Of a DNA stretch of 64,000 nt, positions 1 through 8,590 are shown piece after piece. The DNA comes from Candidatus Latescibacterota bacterium (GTDB lineage Bacteria; Latescibacterota; UBA2968; GCA-2709665): assembly GCA_965222075.1 (NCBI GenBank), contig OZ244937.1, positions 1,344,001 to 1,408,000 of the forward strand, given 5' to 3'. The translations under genes and the position numbers were made by a program. Position 1 is the stretch's first letter, and each line of letters begins with the position of its first letter. Below the pieces are notes generated by a model that searched no databases, had not been told where the DNA came from, and saw only the letters and a list, made by a program, of their open reading frames with translations.

Positions 1-845
1 CGTCGGATCTCCAGCGGGCGCTGGAAGATCCAGACGTGGATGTCGTGCTCATCTGCACACACCACCACCAACACGCGCCCATGTGCACCCTGGCAGCGCA
101 GGCGGGAAAGCACGTATTCTGCGAGAAGCCGCTGGCGATCACAGCGGCGGACTGTGAGGAGATTAAAAGAGCGGTTGATGCGGCGGGGATCAAGTTCATG
201 GTCGGGTTTCAGGCGCGGTTTTCGCCGTTTGTCCTCAAGCTGAAGGAGGTGGTGCCCGAACCGTGGGTGACGATTGCACAGTTGTTCGATCCGAAGTGGG
301 GCGAGCAGCTCTGGGTGAACGATCCGGTTGAAGGGGGCGGCAATGTACTCAGCCAGGGCTGCCACTGTTTTGATGCGACCTGTTTTCTCAACGAAGGCGA
401 TGCGGAATCCATCTACGCGGAAGGAGGGAACTTCCACCACCCGTCGCTGCCGATAACGGATGCGGTGGCGTGTTCGCTGCGATTTCCGGGAGGGGCCGTT
501 GCCAGCGTGACGATCGGTGATGTCGGAAGACCCGCGTTAATGGGCAAGTCTGCTTACCAGGTTTTTGCGGGGGATGTGACCGCGTCGCTGTTCAATTATT
601 ACTGGGAGCCGGAGATCCACCTGTGGGGCGCAGAGCCGAAGCGGTTGACAACGGCAGACCTGCCCGGCTGTGAGGACAGGGACGCTGCCCACGGGTACAC
701 GCAGCAGATGCGTGCGTTGATCGATTGGATCTGCAAAGACGCCGATCCGGTTGGCGCGGCCAGGGTACGCGACGGGGTGCGCGCAACCATGCTCGGCCTC
801 AAGGCGATTGAGTCTATTCGCATGCGCCGGCCGCAGGAGATGTGA
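1..845 (+). CDS. Gfo/Idh/MocA family oxidoreductase (5' part outside window)
   Basis: GKHVFCEKP motif and typical C-terminal domain; N-terminal Rossmann start missing, so the gene begins upstream of the window. Confidence 0.85.
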   Translation, partial: SDLQRALEDPDVDVVLICTHHHQHAPMCTLAAQAGKHVFCEKPLAITAADCEEIKRAVDAAGIKFMVGFQARFSPFVLKLKEVVPEPWVTIAQLFDPKWGEQLWVNDPVEGGGNVLSQGCHCFDATCFLNEGDAESIYAEGGNFHHPSLPITDAVACSLRFPGGAVASVTIGDVGRPALMGKSAYQVFAGDVTASLFNYYWEPEIHLWGAEPKRLTTADLPGCEDRDAAHGYTQQMRALIDWICKDADPVGAARVRDGVRATMLGLKAIESIRMRRPQEM

Positions 846-894
846 ATCGGCGAACCAGAGGCTTTTTTTATCTTGATATTTCAGGAGATCCGCT

Positions 895-1959
895 ATGGCT
901 TTTCGTGTAGGACTTATCGGTAACCGGGCACACCAGATGACCTACGGGCCGATCTTCCAGGAGCGGGACGACTGCCGGATCGTGGCGGCTGCCGAACACC
1001 TTGCGGAGAAGGCGAAGCCGCTTGAAGAACGCTTCGGCGTGGCCTGCTTGGCAGACTATGACGCGGTGCTGGAGAACCCTGAGGTCGACCTGGTGTCGAT
1101 TGCGACCGATTTTTATCTGAAGCGAAACCTCATCAAGAAGGCTGTGGCCTGTGGGAAGCACGTGCTGGTGGACAAACCGCTCGCCCGCACCGTGCGGGAA
1201 GCAAAGGAGATCGTGGAGGCCGCAGAGGGGGGGCGTGTGAAGATCGTGTTGAGCTATGCCCACCGATTTCAGCCCGGTCTTGCCAGGCTCGCCCGGGCGC
1301 TCCGGAACGGGGAGTACGGGCGCGTGGTCTCGTTTACCCATCACTTCGTGCGGCAGTTTCCGGACAGCGACCTGATGGCCTATGTGAGCTACCCCGCCCC
1401 GGCGCGGGTCAACGGCGGAGGCGAACTGATGAATCTGGGCAGCCATGCGGTGGACTATCTCTACAGTGTTTTCGGACTGCCGAAGCGGGTCTACTGCCAT
1501 CTTGAAACGGCCTTCTGGGAGGAGTATTACCGGGATTTTGGCACGGAGGATATGGCCACTCTGTTGTGTGAGTACGAAGGATTTACGGCAACGATTGTGA
1601 CTGGCCGGAACAAGGTAAGCGAAGAGACGCCCGCGGTGAATACCGTGGATGTGGCCTGCGAGGGGCGCTGGGTGCGAGTGGATGCGCAAGGACCGCAGTA
1701 CACGATCAACGGTGAGCCGGTGGAGGTTGCGCCTGCGCCACTGGCGTCTGCCGAATCCTGTGTTCAGGATCTGATCAATTGTATCCTGAACGACGCGGAG
1801 CCAAAGAGCGGGGTGCGAAACGGCCTGGCCGTGCTGGAGATGACGACCGCCGGCTACCAGTCGGCGGCGGCGGGAGAATTTGTGGACCTGCCCCTTCAAG
1901 ACGAAAACCATCCGATGATCGATCCGGAAGAGCAGGTGGTTGATATATTGCTCGACTGA
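895..1959 (+). CDS. Gfo/Idh/MocA family oxidoreductase
   Basis: N-terminal FRVGLIG, GKHVLVDKP motif, GSHAVD; RBS AGGAG upstream. Confidence 0.85.
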   Translation: MAFRVGLIGNRAHQMTYGPIFQERDDCRIVAAAEHLAEKAKPLEERFGVACLADYDAVLENPEVDLVSIATDFYLKRNLIKKAVACGKHVLVDKPLARTVREAKEIVEAAEGGRVKIVLSYAHRFQPGLARLARALRNGEYGRVVSFTHHFVRQFPDSDLMAYVSYPAPARVNGGGELMNLGSHAVDYLYSVFGLPKRVYCHLETAFWEEYYRDFGTEDMATLLCEYEGFTATIVTGRNKVSEETPAVNTVDVACEGRWVRVDAQGPQYTINGEPVEVAPAPLASAESCVQDLINCILNDAEPKSGVRNGLAVLEMTTAGYQSAAAGEFVDLPLQDENHPMIDPEEQVVDILLD

Positions 1960-2087
1960 GGAGGTTGTAATGCCAGGCCTAACATTCTGATTTGCAACTG
2001 TTAGACGCCGGAGGTTGAAGTGATGCTTGAAGATGCGCGAGATCGTAAATGAAGCGCAAAAAGCAGGCTTCCCCCTGACTCCTGGAG

Positions 2088-3152
2088 GTGATGATGTCAA
2101 AACCTGAATACCGTGCAGTGATCATCGGGCTGAGAGGCATCGGCGCGCAGCGGCCTCAGGAGGATGATCACCTTCCGGTGTACGGGGCGATGCCCGGTTC
2201 ACACGCGGGGGCCTATTACCGCCATCCCAGGACCGAAGTGGCAGCCGTGTGTGATCTGAAAGAGGAGATCCTGGAGGATTTCAAGGCGCAGTGGGAAGAT
2301 GTGTGGCCCGGGGTTCGGCTCTATACGGATTACCGGGAGATGCTAAGGGCGGAGAAGCCGGATCTGGTGAGTGTGGCGACTTCGGATCACCTTCATGCCG
2401 AGATGGTGGTGGCCGCTGCGGAGGGGGGCGTCCGGGCCATTTTTTGCGAAAAGCCGATCGCCACGTCGCTGGAGGATGCAGACCGGATGATTGCAGCGGC
2501 CGAGGCCAACGGGGCGCTGCTTTCGATAGATCACACCCGGCGCTGGGCGCCCGGCTACCTCAAGGCCCGGGAGATTGTTCGGAGTGGAGAGATCGGGGCG
2601 CTTCGCACAGTTTCGTGCGATCAGTTCAGCCGGCGGGCGATGATGTTTCGAAATGGGACCCACCTGCTGGACCTGATCTGCTTTTTCGCCGAGGCCAGTC
2701 CCCGGTGGGTGATGGCCGAGCTGGAGGAAGGGTTCGAGCATTTTACCGAGTACAGGGGGGATGGGGGACACGATCCTTCCACCGATCCGTTTGCGTCGGC
2801 GTACATCCGGTTTGACAACGGCGTCCGGGCGTTCTACAATTCCTACAAGGTCGATTTTCCCGGCTCCCAGCTTGCGCTGACGTGTGAGGGCGGGCGGATC
2901 GAGATTTCCGACCTGTTGACGCGTCTGATTCGGGGCAGCTCCCATTTCGAGCGGCGCACGTCCACGATTTCGCCGGGGAGTTACGTGATGGAGCGGCAGA
3001 CGGCGGCGGTAGCGGAGCTGATCCAGGTCCTGGAGGAGGGCGGGGAGCTGGTTTCACCGGGCCGTGAGGCCCGCAAGACGGTGGAGATTATGCTGGGGAT
3101 TTTGAAGTCGCATCACAGTGGGAACTGCCGGGTGGATTTCCCCCTGTCGTGA
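2088..3152 (+). CDS. Gfo/Idh/MocA family oxidoreductase
   Basis: AVIIGLRGIG, AIFCEKP, GTHLLD motifs. Confidence 0.85.
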   Translation: MMMSKPEYRAVIIGLRGIGAQRPQEDDHLPVYGAMPGSHAGAYYRHPRTEVAAVCDLKEEILEDFKAQWEDVWPGVRLYTDYREMLRAEKPDLVSVATSDHLHAEMVVAAAEGGVRAIFCEKPIATSLEDADRMIAAAEANGALLSIDHTRRWAPGYLKAREIVRSGEIGALRTVSCDQFSRRAMMFRNGTHLLDLICFFAEASPRWVMAELEEGFEHFTEYRGDGGHDPSTDPFASAYIRFDNGVRAFYNSYKVDFPGSQLALTCEGGRIEISDLLTRLIRGSSHFERRTSTISPGSYVMERQTAAVAELIQVLEEGGELVSPGREARKTVEIMLGILKSHHSGNCRVDFPLS

Positions 3153-3187
3153 GGGTTGCATGTAAAAAAAGGGGACTTCGAGCGACG

Positions 3188-3213
3188 CAGGGGCGCAGCA
3201 TGCTGCGCCCCTG
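3188..3213. repeat. REP-like perfect palindrome between convergent genes
   Basis: CAGGGGCGCAGCATGCTGCGCCCCTG is self-complementary and resembles GTAG-type REP units. Confidence 0.55.
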
Positions 3214-3230
3214 TATTTGTTGCGTGTGAG

Positions 3231-4403
3231 CTAACCCTTCCAGGGGTGTTCACGCGCAACGGTTTCGTTCAGGTTTGCGCCCCAGCCGGGGCGGTCGGGG
3301 ATACGGAGGTCGCCGTTCTCAATGACCAGCGCCTGGTCGATGAGGTCGTCCTTCCAGGGAATGTCGTCGATGTCGATTTCCTGGATGCGAACATTGGGCG
3401 CACAGGCGCACAGGTGGGCGCTCATCAGGGTTGAGAGGTGGCTGTAGTAGTTGTGCGGGGCAATGTTGATTTCGTAGCTTTCGGCCAGGTCGGCGATCTT
3501 TTTGGACAGGGTGAAGCCGTTCCAGGGGACGTCGACCATCAATACGTCCTGGGCGCGGGCGTCCAGGTAGCGGCGGTATTCCCGCAGGCCGATGAAGTTT
3601 TCGCCGGAGCAGATGGGGGTTCGGGTGGCGTCTTTGACCCGCCGCAGGGCTTCCGGGTCGTATATGTCCACTTCGACCCACATCATGTTGAATTCTTCAA
3701 GGGCCTGGCAGATGAGCGCGGCCCCTTCCGGCTTGAAGTTGAAGTTGAGGTCCAGGGCGATGCCGACGTCGTCGCCTACGGCGCTGCGGAAGGCGCCGAT
3801 GAGTTCCCGGATGTGCCTGATGAGGGCGCTGGAGATATTTTGATCGGTCGTGCCGGGGCCGCCGCCGAAGCCGGCGAAATAGACCTGCGCCGGATCGCCC
3901 GGGAAGAGGATATTGGTTTTCAGGGCGGTGAAGCCGCGGGTTACGACCTCCTCTCCAAGGCGTGCGATGTCGTCCATGGCGCGCAGGGGAGGGACGCCGA
4001 GCAGTTCGTGGTGCCGTGCGCGAAAAGTGCCGCAGTGAGACCAGTAGAGGCGCTGGCGTTCGCGCATCGGGCCGCCAAAGAGTTCGTAGACGGGCACGCC
4101 GAACGCTTTGGCCTTGATGTCCCACAGGGCGCAGTCGATGCCTGCGATCGCTTTTGCGGCAATGCCGCCCGGGCTCTGTCGGGTTTTGCGATACATGTCC
4201 CAGTAGAGCATTTCAATGGGGCGGGGGTCCCTTCCGACGAGGAGGTCCTGAAGATCGCGGATGGCGCCGGCAATGCCGTAGGGGTTGCGCATGTCCGAGC
4301 ACTCTCCATACCCGGTGATGCCCGCGTCGGTGCGTATGGCAACAAACAGCCAGGGGCGCCATCCCGCGTTGACGATAAAAGTATCCACTTCAGTGATTTT
4401 CAT
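3231..4403 (-). CDS. Mandelate racemase/muconate lactonizing (enolase superfamily) dehydratase
   Basis: MKITEVDT start, GIDCALWDIKAK, FTALK, metal ligands in LDLN / WVE / SGE, APHN. Confidence 0.85.
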   Translation of the reverse strand: MKITEVDTFIVNAGWRPWLFVAIRTDAGITGYGECSDMRNPYGIAGAIRDLQDLLVGRDPRPIEMLYWDMYRKTRQSPGGIAAKAIAGIDCALWDIKAKAFGVPVYELFGGPMRERQRLYWSHCGTFRARHHELLGVPPLRAMDDIARLGEEVVTRGFTALKTNILFPGDPAQVYFAGFGGGPGTTDQNISSALIRHIRELIGAFRSAVGDDVGIALDLNFNFKPEGAALICQALEEFNMMWVEVDIYDPEALRRVKDATRTPICSGENFIGLREYRRYLDARAQDVLMVDVPWNGFTLSKKIADLAESYEINIAPHNYYSHLSTLMSAHLCACAPNVRIQEIDIDDIPWKDDLIDQALVIENGDLRIPDRPGWGANLNETVAREHPWKG

Positions 4404-4435
4404 CGAAGATTCCCTTTCAGGATCTCCATAACCCT

Positions 4436-5521
4436 TTACGTATTATATTCTATTGCCACAGTGTTTTCTTTTGTGCGCAGTGACCGGACGCCCGCCCTGG
4501 CGACCTGCATGGCAGTCAGACCATCCTCCTGGTTGACGGAGAAGGGCTGTTCGTTCAGGCACTGGTCCACAAAGTAGGACAGTTCCTGTTTGTAGGCCGG
4601 GCCGAAGCGTTCGATGAAGACGGGAACCCCCTCGCCGTAGTCCCGCATCCGGAAGGTCTTCTTTTGGATCGCTCCCTCCCGGTTATACGCTTCTACCGTG
4701 ACTTGCAGGGGATTTTCCTGGAAATGGCCCACGTGGATCAGGCCGTTGTCGCCGTAGATCCACGTTTCGTTGCGGTATCCGGCAACGTGATTGCGGCTTA
4801 CCTGTACCTGGGCGATGGCGTTATTGGGAAACCACATTTGAAAGAACACATCGTCGAAGTCCTCTTTCACCGTTGTGATCCTGAAGTTATGGAGGTTCGC
4901 ACCCAGGGCGCTGACCCATTCCGGCTTTGCGCCCAACAGCCAGATGACTTCATCGATGTTGTGGACGGCCATATCCGGGAGGATGCCCGGACTGTTGTAG
5001 CCCTCCGGGGGAGGGATGGGGTCTTCGAGCACGGACACAACCTTGAACGGGTTGCCGATGCTGCCTTCCTCCAACAGGTTCTTCGTATGGTTCAGAGGAT
5101 CGTCGAAGCGCCGCATGAACGCCTGCATGAGGGCGTGGGGCTTTTCGTCTGCAGACAGGTTCCTGACGAAATTCACCGCGTTTTCGACCGAATGGGTGAG
5201 GGGTTTCTCCAGCATGACGCGATATCCGGCTTCGATGAGCGCCCTCGCGTCGGCCTCGTGGTCCTCGGTCCTGGAGGCCACCACGGCCGCGTCGACCAGC
5301 CGGGCATCCACCAGATCACCGATGTTTTCAAAAGGGTGGATGCCGGATGCCTGGTGTTGTTGAAGCTGGTGGGCAACGCGCCAGGCGGTGTCCGCATAGC
5401 GGTCCACGACCGCGACCAGTTCGCAGTTTCCACGCTCTCTACTCAATTCCTGGGTGTGTCTGGCGTGAAAGACGCCGATGCGGCCTACGCCGACGACGGC
5501 CAGCTTTAACGGATTGGACAT
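4436..5521 (-). CDS. Gfo/Idh/MocA oxidoreductase, myo-inositol 2-dehydrogenase-like
   Basis: VVGVGRIG, MLEKP, RRFD, DMAVHNID; start set at ATG 5521 behind AAGGAG. Confidence 0.8.
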   Translation of the reverse strand: MSNPLKLAVVGVGRIGVFHARHTQELSRERGNCELVAVVDRYADTAWRVAHQLQQHQASGIHPFENIGDLVDARLVDAAVVASRTEDHEADARALIEAGYRVMLEKPLTHSVENAVNFVRNLSADEKPHALMQAFMRRFDDPLNHTKNLLEEGSIGNPFKVVSVLEDPIPPPEGYNSPGILPDMAVHNIDEVIWLLGAKPEWVSALGANLHNFRITTVKEDFDDVFFQMWFPNNAIAQVQVSRNHVAGYRNETWIYGDNGLIHVGHFQENPLQVTVEAYNREGAIQKKTFRMRDYGEGVPVFIERFGPAYKQELSYFVDQCLNEQPFSVNQEDGLTAMQVARAGVRSLRTKENTVAIEYNT

Positions 5522-5543
5522 ACGTGTTAAAGCTCCTTGATGG

Positions 5544-5564
5544 TCGGTTTCCACTGGTCAGAGA
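5544..5564 (+). repeat. 21-bp direct repeat, left boundary of defence island
   Basis: TCGGTTTCCACTGGTCAGAGA is identical to 21923-21943. Confidence 0.85.
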
Positions 5565-5598
5565 AGAGGTCGGCGATGCTGTCGTCCATGCCAGCGAG

Positions 5599-5633
5599 AC
5601 CTGCCTGCGCCAAACTCCGCGCGGCAGGCAGGT
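5599..5633. repeat. Short palindromic element ACCTGCCTG...CAGGCAGGT
   Basis: Hairpin; related copies at 14992-15029 and 40293-40326. Confidence 0.7.
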
Positions 5634-5658
5634 AGGCGCAGGCCCCGCCCCCCTCATT

Positions 5659-5780
5659 ACTCCCCCCTGGAGGGGGAGTCGCAGAAGCCGAGCCGGTTCC
5701 CTGAGCCTTGTCCTGAGCCTGTCGAAGGGTAGTCGAAGGGCAGGCGACGGCTGATGCGGTGGGGGGGACGTCAACGTCTC
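5659..5780. repeat. Palindromic repeat ACTCCCCCCTGGAGGGGGAGT..., copy 1, with nested CTGAGC..GTCGAAGGG insert
   Basis: Near-identical to 7863-7940 except a ~45-bp insertion at 5696-5740. Confidence 0.8.
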
Positions 5781-5829
5781 CAGAAGCGCAATACCCGGTA
5801 GCCTTTCTTGCCGTACCGTCCTGAATTGC

Positions 5830-6441
5830 CTAAAGTGCTTTTAGAAAATCGCGAACATTAATGAAAACGCTATGCGCTAAATTCCAGTAGCCATTCTTCG
5901 CTGCCACGCCTACGGAAAGGTGGGGCTGGGGTTTTGTCGTCAGATAGGCATGCGCACGGGCCTTGTCTGGTCTCCCGATGGACACGTCCGGTAAAGCTTC
6001 GACACACCTGAAAAAGTCATCAATGCAGTGCTCTACCGAGGTATCCGCAAAGCTCTCGCAAAGTAGCGTCTCAAGCATACCCTGGCGATTATCGCCGGGT
6101 AGTATCAGCACCGTCACCATCGGGCCGGCGCCAACGCCTTCTTCCGGGTTATCCGGCACAGGCAGTTTAGCTCTGCGCAACGAAGACTGAACACTTTGAA
6201 ACGCCCCCTCAGCGGACGTTTCCGCATCGCGAACGATGCCGACACTCTGGACGGTCTCACGAAACCCCGGTGCATCCACAAGCGCAAGCAGGAAACCACC
6301 CAGTTCGTTGACACCGCCGAAGTTTTGAACCTGAATATTCGTAAGCGACAGATGATCTTTGAACGCTTCAAAGAAGTTGCGTTGATCATTGCCCTCGACG
6401 AGAAGCTGGATTTCCGATTCGATTTGTATTGCTTTCGTCAT
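5830..6441 (-). CDS. DUF3226-like (TOPRIM-like) protein, partner of the upstream ATPase
   Basis: LLVEGNDQ, GIVRDAE, GMLETL, KARAHAYL; start moved to ATG 6441, which directly follows the natural ATPase stop at 6443-6445. Confidence 0.7.
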   Translation of the reverse strand: MTKAIQIESEIQLLVEGNDQRNFFEAFKDHLSLTNIQVQNFGGVNELGGFLLALVDAPGFRETVQSVGIVRDAETSAEGAFQSVQSSLRRAKLPVPDNPEEGVGAGPMVTVLILPGDNRQGMLETLLCESFADTSVEHCIDDFFRCVEALPDVSIGRPDKARAHAYLTTKPQPHLSVGVAAKNGYWNLAHSVFINVRDFLKAL

Positions 6442-6442
6442 A

Positions 6443-7537
6443 CTAACGAACCTCAAGGCCGTGTCGAATTGCGGCCTGAATTGAATCCGGTTCATAGGTG
6501 ACACAGCGGCTCGCCATCAGCAACTTCAAGCCTGTGCAGGCAAAACCTGTCCGTGCATCAGGGACTTCAAGCCTGTGCGCAAAACCTGTGTGCTATTCGT
6601 GCGCGGCTGTTACGCACTCAAGACTATGCGTGGTCGCAAATATCTGCGTGCGGAACTGCCTGGCCGCCTCATCAACCACCGGCCAGACATCGGGTAATAT
6701 GGAATGGTGAATTCCATTTTCGATCTCATCCACCAGAACAACACCATCCGGTACGGAAGCGATGGCCAGAACAAGCCGGGCAATTAGAGTCATGCCTTCG
6801 CCCATGACGGACAGGGGTACCAGTTCGGACCACCCGATATCCCCCCAGATCATGGGTATCCCGCTGGAGGAATTGTCCTCGATGCTTTGTAGCTTCGGTT
6901 CAAAGATCTTCAGTGCTTTCAAGAGCAGATCGTCCTGTTTCTGCTGTCTCAACCTTCCCAGCCTTATGGCATCCTCCTGGAGATTCCTGATTCGAGACAG
7001 GAGAATGACCGCATGCAACGGGACATTTGTGGCAGGCTGATCGACCTCAAGCCTCTGCCCTCTCATACGTATATGGCTTTTAACGCATTTACCTGAAGGA
7101 CCGTTATACTGAAAAATGAGCGAACGTTCGTCAAAAAAGTTCGTCACCGAAGTTCCGTCCGTATGATCAAGAGGAATTTCAGTGGTGGGCTGTCGCTCTG
7201 AGGTGATCTTCAAAGCCAATCGACCATGCGACGTATGATCCCCCTCGACTTCAATGGACCGCCCCATGTCCAGATCAGAGAAGAGCTGGTTCCAGAGGGG
7301 TTCAACTACTACCGCTGCGGATACTCTGTTGTCTGGTGCCAGGCCGCGAATAACATTTTGATTAATTGCCATCTGCGCGTTTCCGGCTCCGGACAGCAGA
7401 AAAATCGCCTCAAGCAAACTGGTCTTGCCGGAATTATTTCTGCCGGCAATGAGGTTAATGTGGCTCAATCGGTCGATTTTAAGCTCGTTGAAGACACGAA
7501 AATTCCGTATCTGTAAGTGTTTCAACATCGTTATCAC
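6443..7537 (-). pseudogene. ABC/AAA_15/AAA_21-type ATPase with disrupted 3' end (ORF 6593-7537)
   Basis: Walker A GRNNSGKT, signature-like MGEGM, Walker B VLVDEIENGIH, H-loop ATTHS; premature TAG at 6593, with plausible C-terminal remnants (LHRLEVADG, RCVTYEPDSIQAAIRHGLEVR) continuing to 6443. Confidence 0.7.
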
Positions 7538-7696
7538 TCCTCGCCTGTATCTGATTCCACAGATTACGTCCAGGCTAACTTGCGATCTTTTTGGAAGGAC
7601 AGTTCAAAACATGAGTCCCCTTGACTCAGAGGTCACTTAGACGCTTATCTACCGCATTGCACAGCAAGATTTTGCATAAAATCCCCCTTAAAGGCC

Positions 7697-7851
7697 GCTC
7701 GGTTCGAATATCGCGGAGCGTGCAGATCTGGAAGACGTTGGGATTATCCCATCCCTCGCGCAGTGCCGAATGCGAGAAAATGAACTTGAGCGGCGTCTCC
7801 AGGCTCAGGAGCTTCTCTTTCTCCTTCATAATCAGGTTGCAGGCCCGTTCG
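7697..7851 (-). pseudogene. ~155-bp relic of a type III res gene
   Basis: Encodes [39 protein letters not shown]; about 13 mismatches (by eye) versus 12377-12531. Confidence 0.85.
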
Positions 7852-7862
7852 ATGGTCCAATC

Positions 7863-7940
7863 ACTCCCCCCTGGAGGGGGAGTCGCAGAAGCCGAGCCGA
7901 CAGGCGATGGCTGATGCGGTGGGGGGGACGTCAACGTCTC
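7863..7940. repeat. Palindromic repeat copy 2
   Basis: Matches 5659-5780 without the nested insert. Confidence 0.8.
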
Positions 7941-7997
7941 GCACACCTTCTCCAGCACACCAAAACAGTTCTCAGCATGGCATTGCACCCCGATCCT

Positions 7998-8234
7998 TCA
8001 GGCGAGGGCCGCGTACTCATAAACCGGAGTCTCAATGGTGCGAACGGGACGACATCGTTCCCACACCACTTGCTGCAAGCGCTCAACGGTCTCCGGTGAG
8101 AAGTGCCTCTCACCCGTCTCGACGTTGACTCGGGCCGGGACGTTCTCAATGAGGAAGAGCCGCCCATCGAACTCAATGTGGTACGTCACCTTTTTTTCAA
8201 CCAGCGTCTCGTTCCATGCGCTGTCGTCAGGCAT
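7998..8234 (-). CDS. YgiT-type zinc finger / MqsA-like small protein (Cys largely lost)
   Basis: VTYHIEFDGRLFLIENVPARVNVETGERHFSPETVERLQ and terminal TPVYEYA are typical of this family. Confidence 0.7.
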   Translation of the reverse strand: MPDDSAWNETLVEKKVTYHIEFDGRLFLIENVPARVNVETGERHFSPETVERLQQVVWERCRPVRTIETPVYEYAALA

Positions 8235-8560
8235 CGTCCTGTCTCCATTTCGTCATTCGCTCCTCATCACCCTTCTCCCAATTCTGCCAGAAGTTGCCGC
8301 CCCCTGAGCGTCAGTCGGTATTTCTGCTTGCTGCTGGTCGGCTTGTCCGGGATGGTCATTTCCAGCCACCCGACATCAAGCAGCGGTTTCAGGACCTGGT
8401 TCTTGAACCTGGTTCGGTCCTTTCTGTCTACCGATGCCATCAACGTCCCTATTGCCTTTTCCGTCAGGCAGTTACACAGGATTTCGACCTGATGCCGACC
8501 TGATGCCGACCTGGTGCTGACTCTTGCTCCGACTCTGGCCCCGACTCTGGCTGCGACAGG
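8225..8560 (-). pseudogene. Relic of a Fic/RecG-like C-terminal winged-helix domain
   Basis: Frame encoding RKDRTRFKNQVLKPLLDVGWLEMTIPDKPTSSKQKYRLT, preceded by 11-12-bp low-complexity repeats; no start or N-terminal domain. Confidence 0.6.
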
Positions 8561-8590
8561 GCGCGGATGCGCCTGCTCGAAATTTGTGTC

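Noticed and set aside
1960-2000. RBS + ATG followed by a frameshifted RPNIL (sulfatase-like start)
   Set aside because: Too short to support a pseudogene call
5634-5655. Possible second res relic (GRGLRL)
   Set aside because: Only ~6 codons in GC-rich sequence; could be chance
7626-7640. TCAGAGGTCACTTAG resembling the island boundary sequence
   Set aside because: Short gapped match; not distinguishable from chance
7697-7851. DGR template/variable repeat pair with res
   Set aside because: Mismatches are mostly synonymous and not adenine-specific
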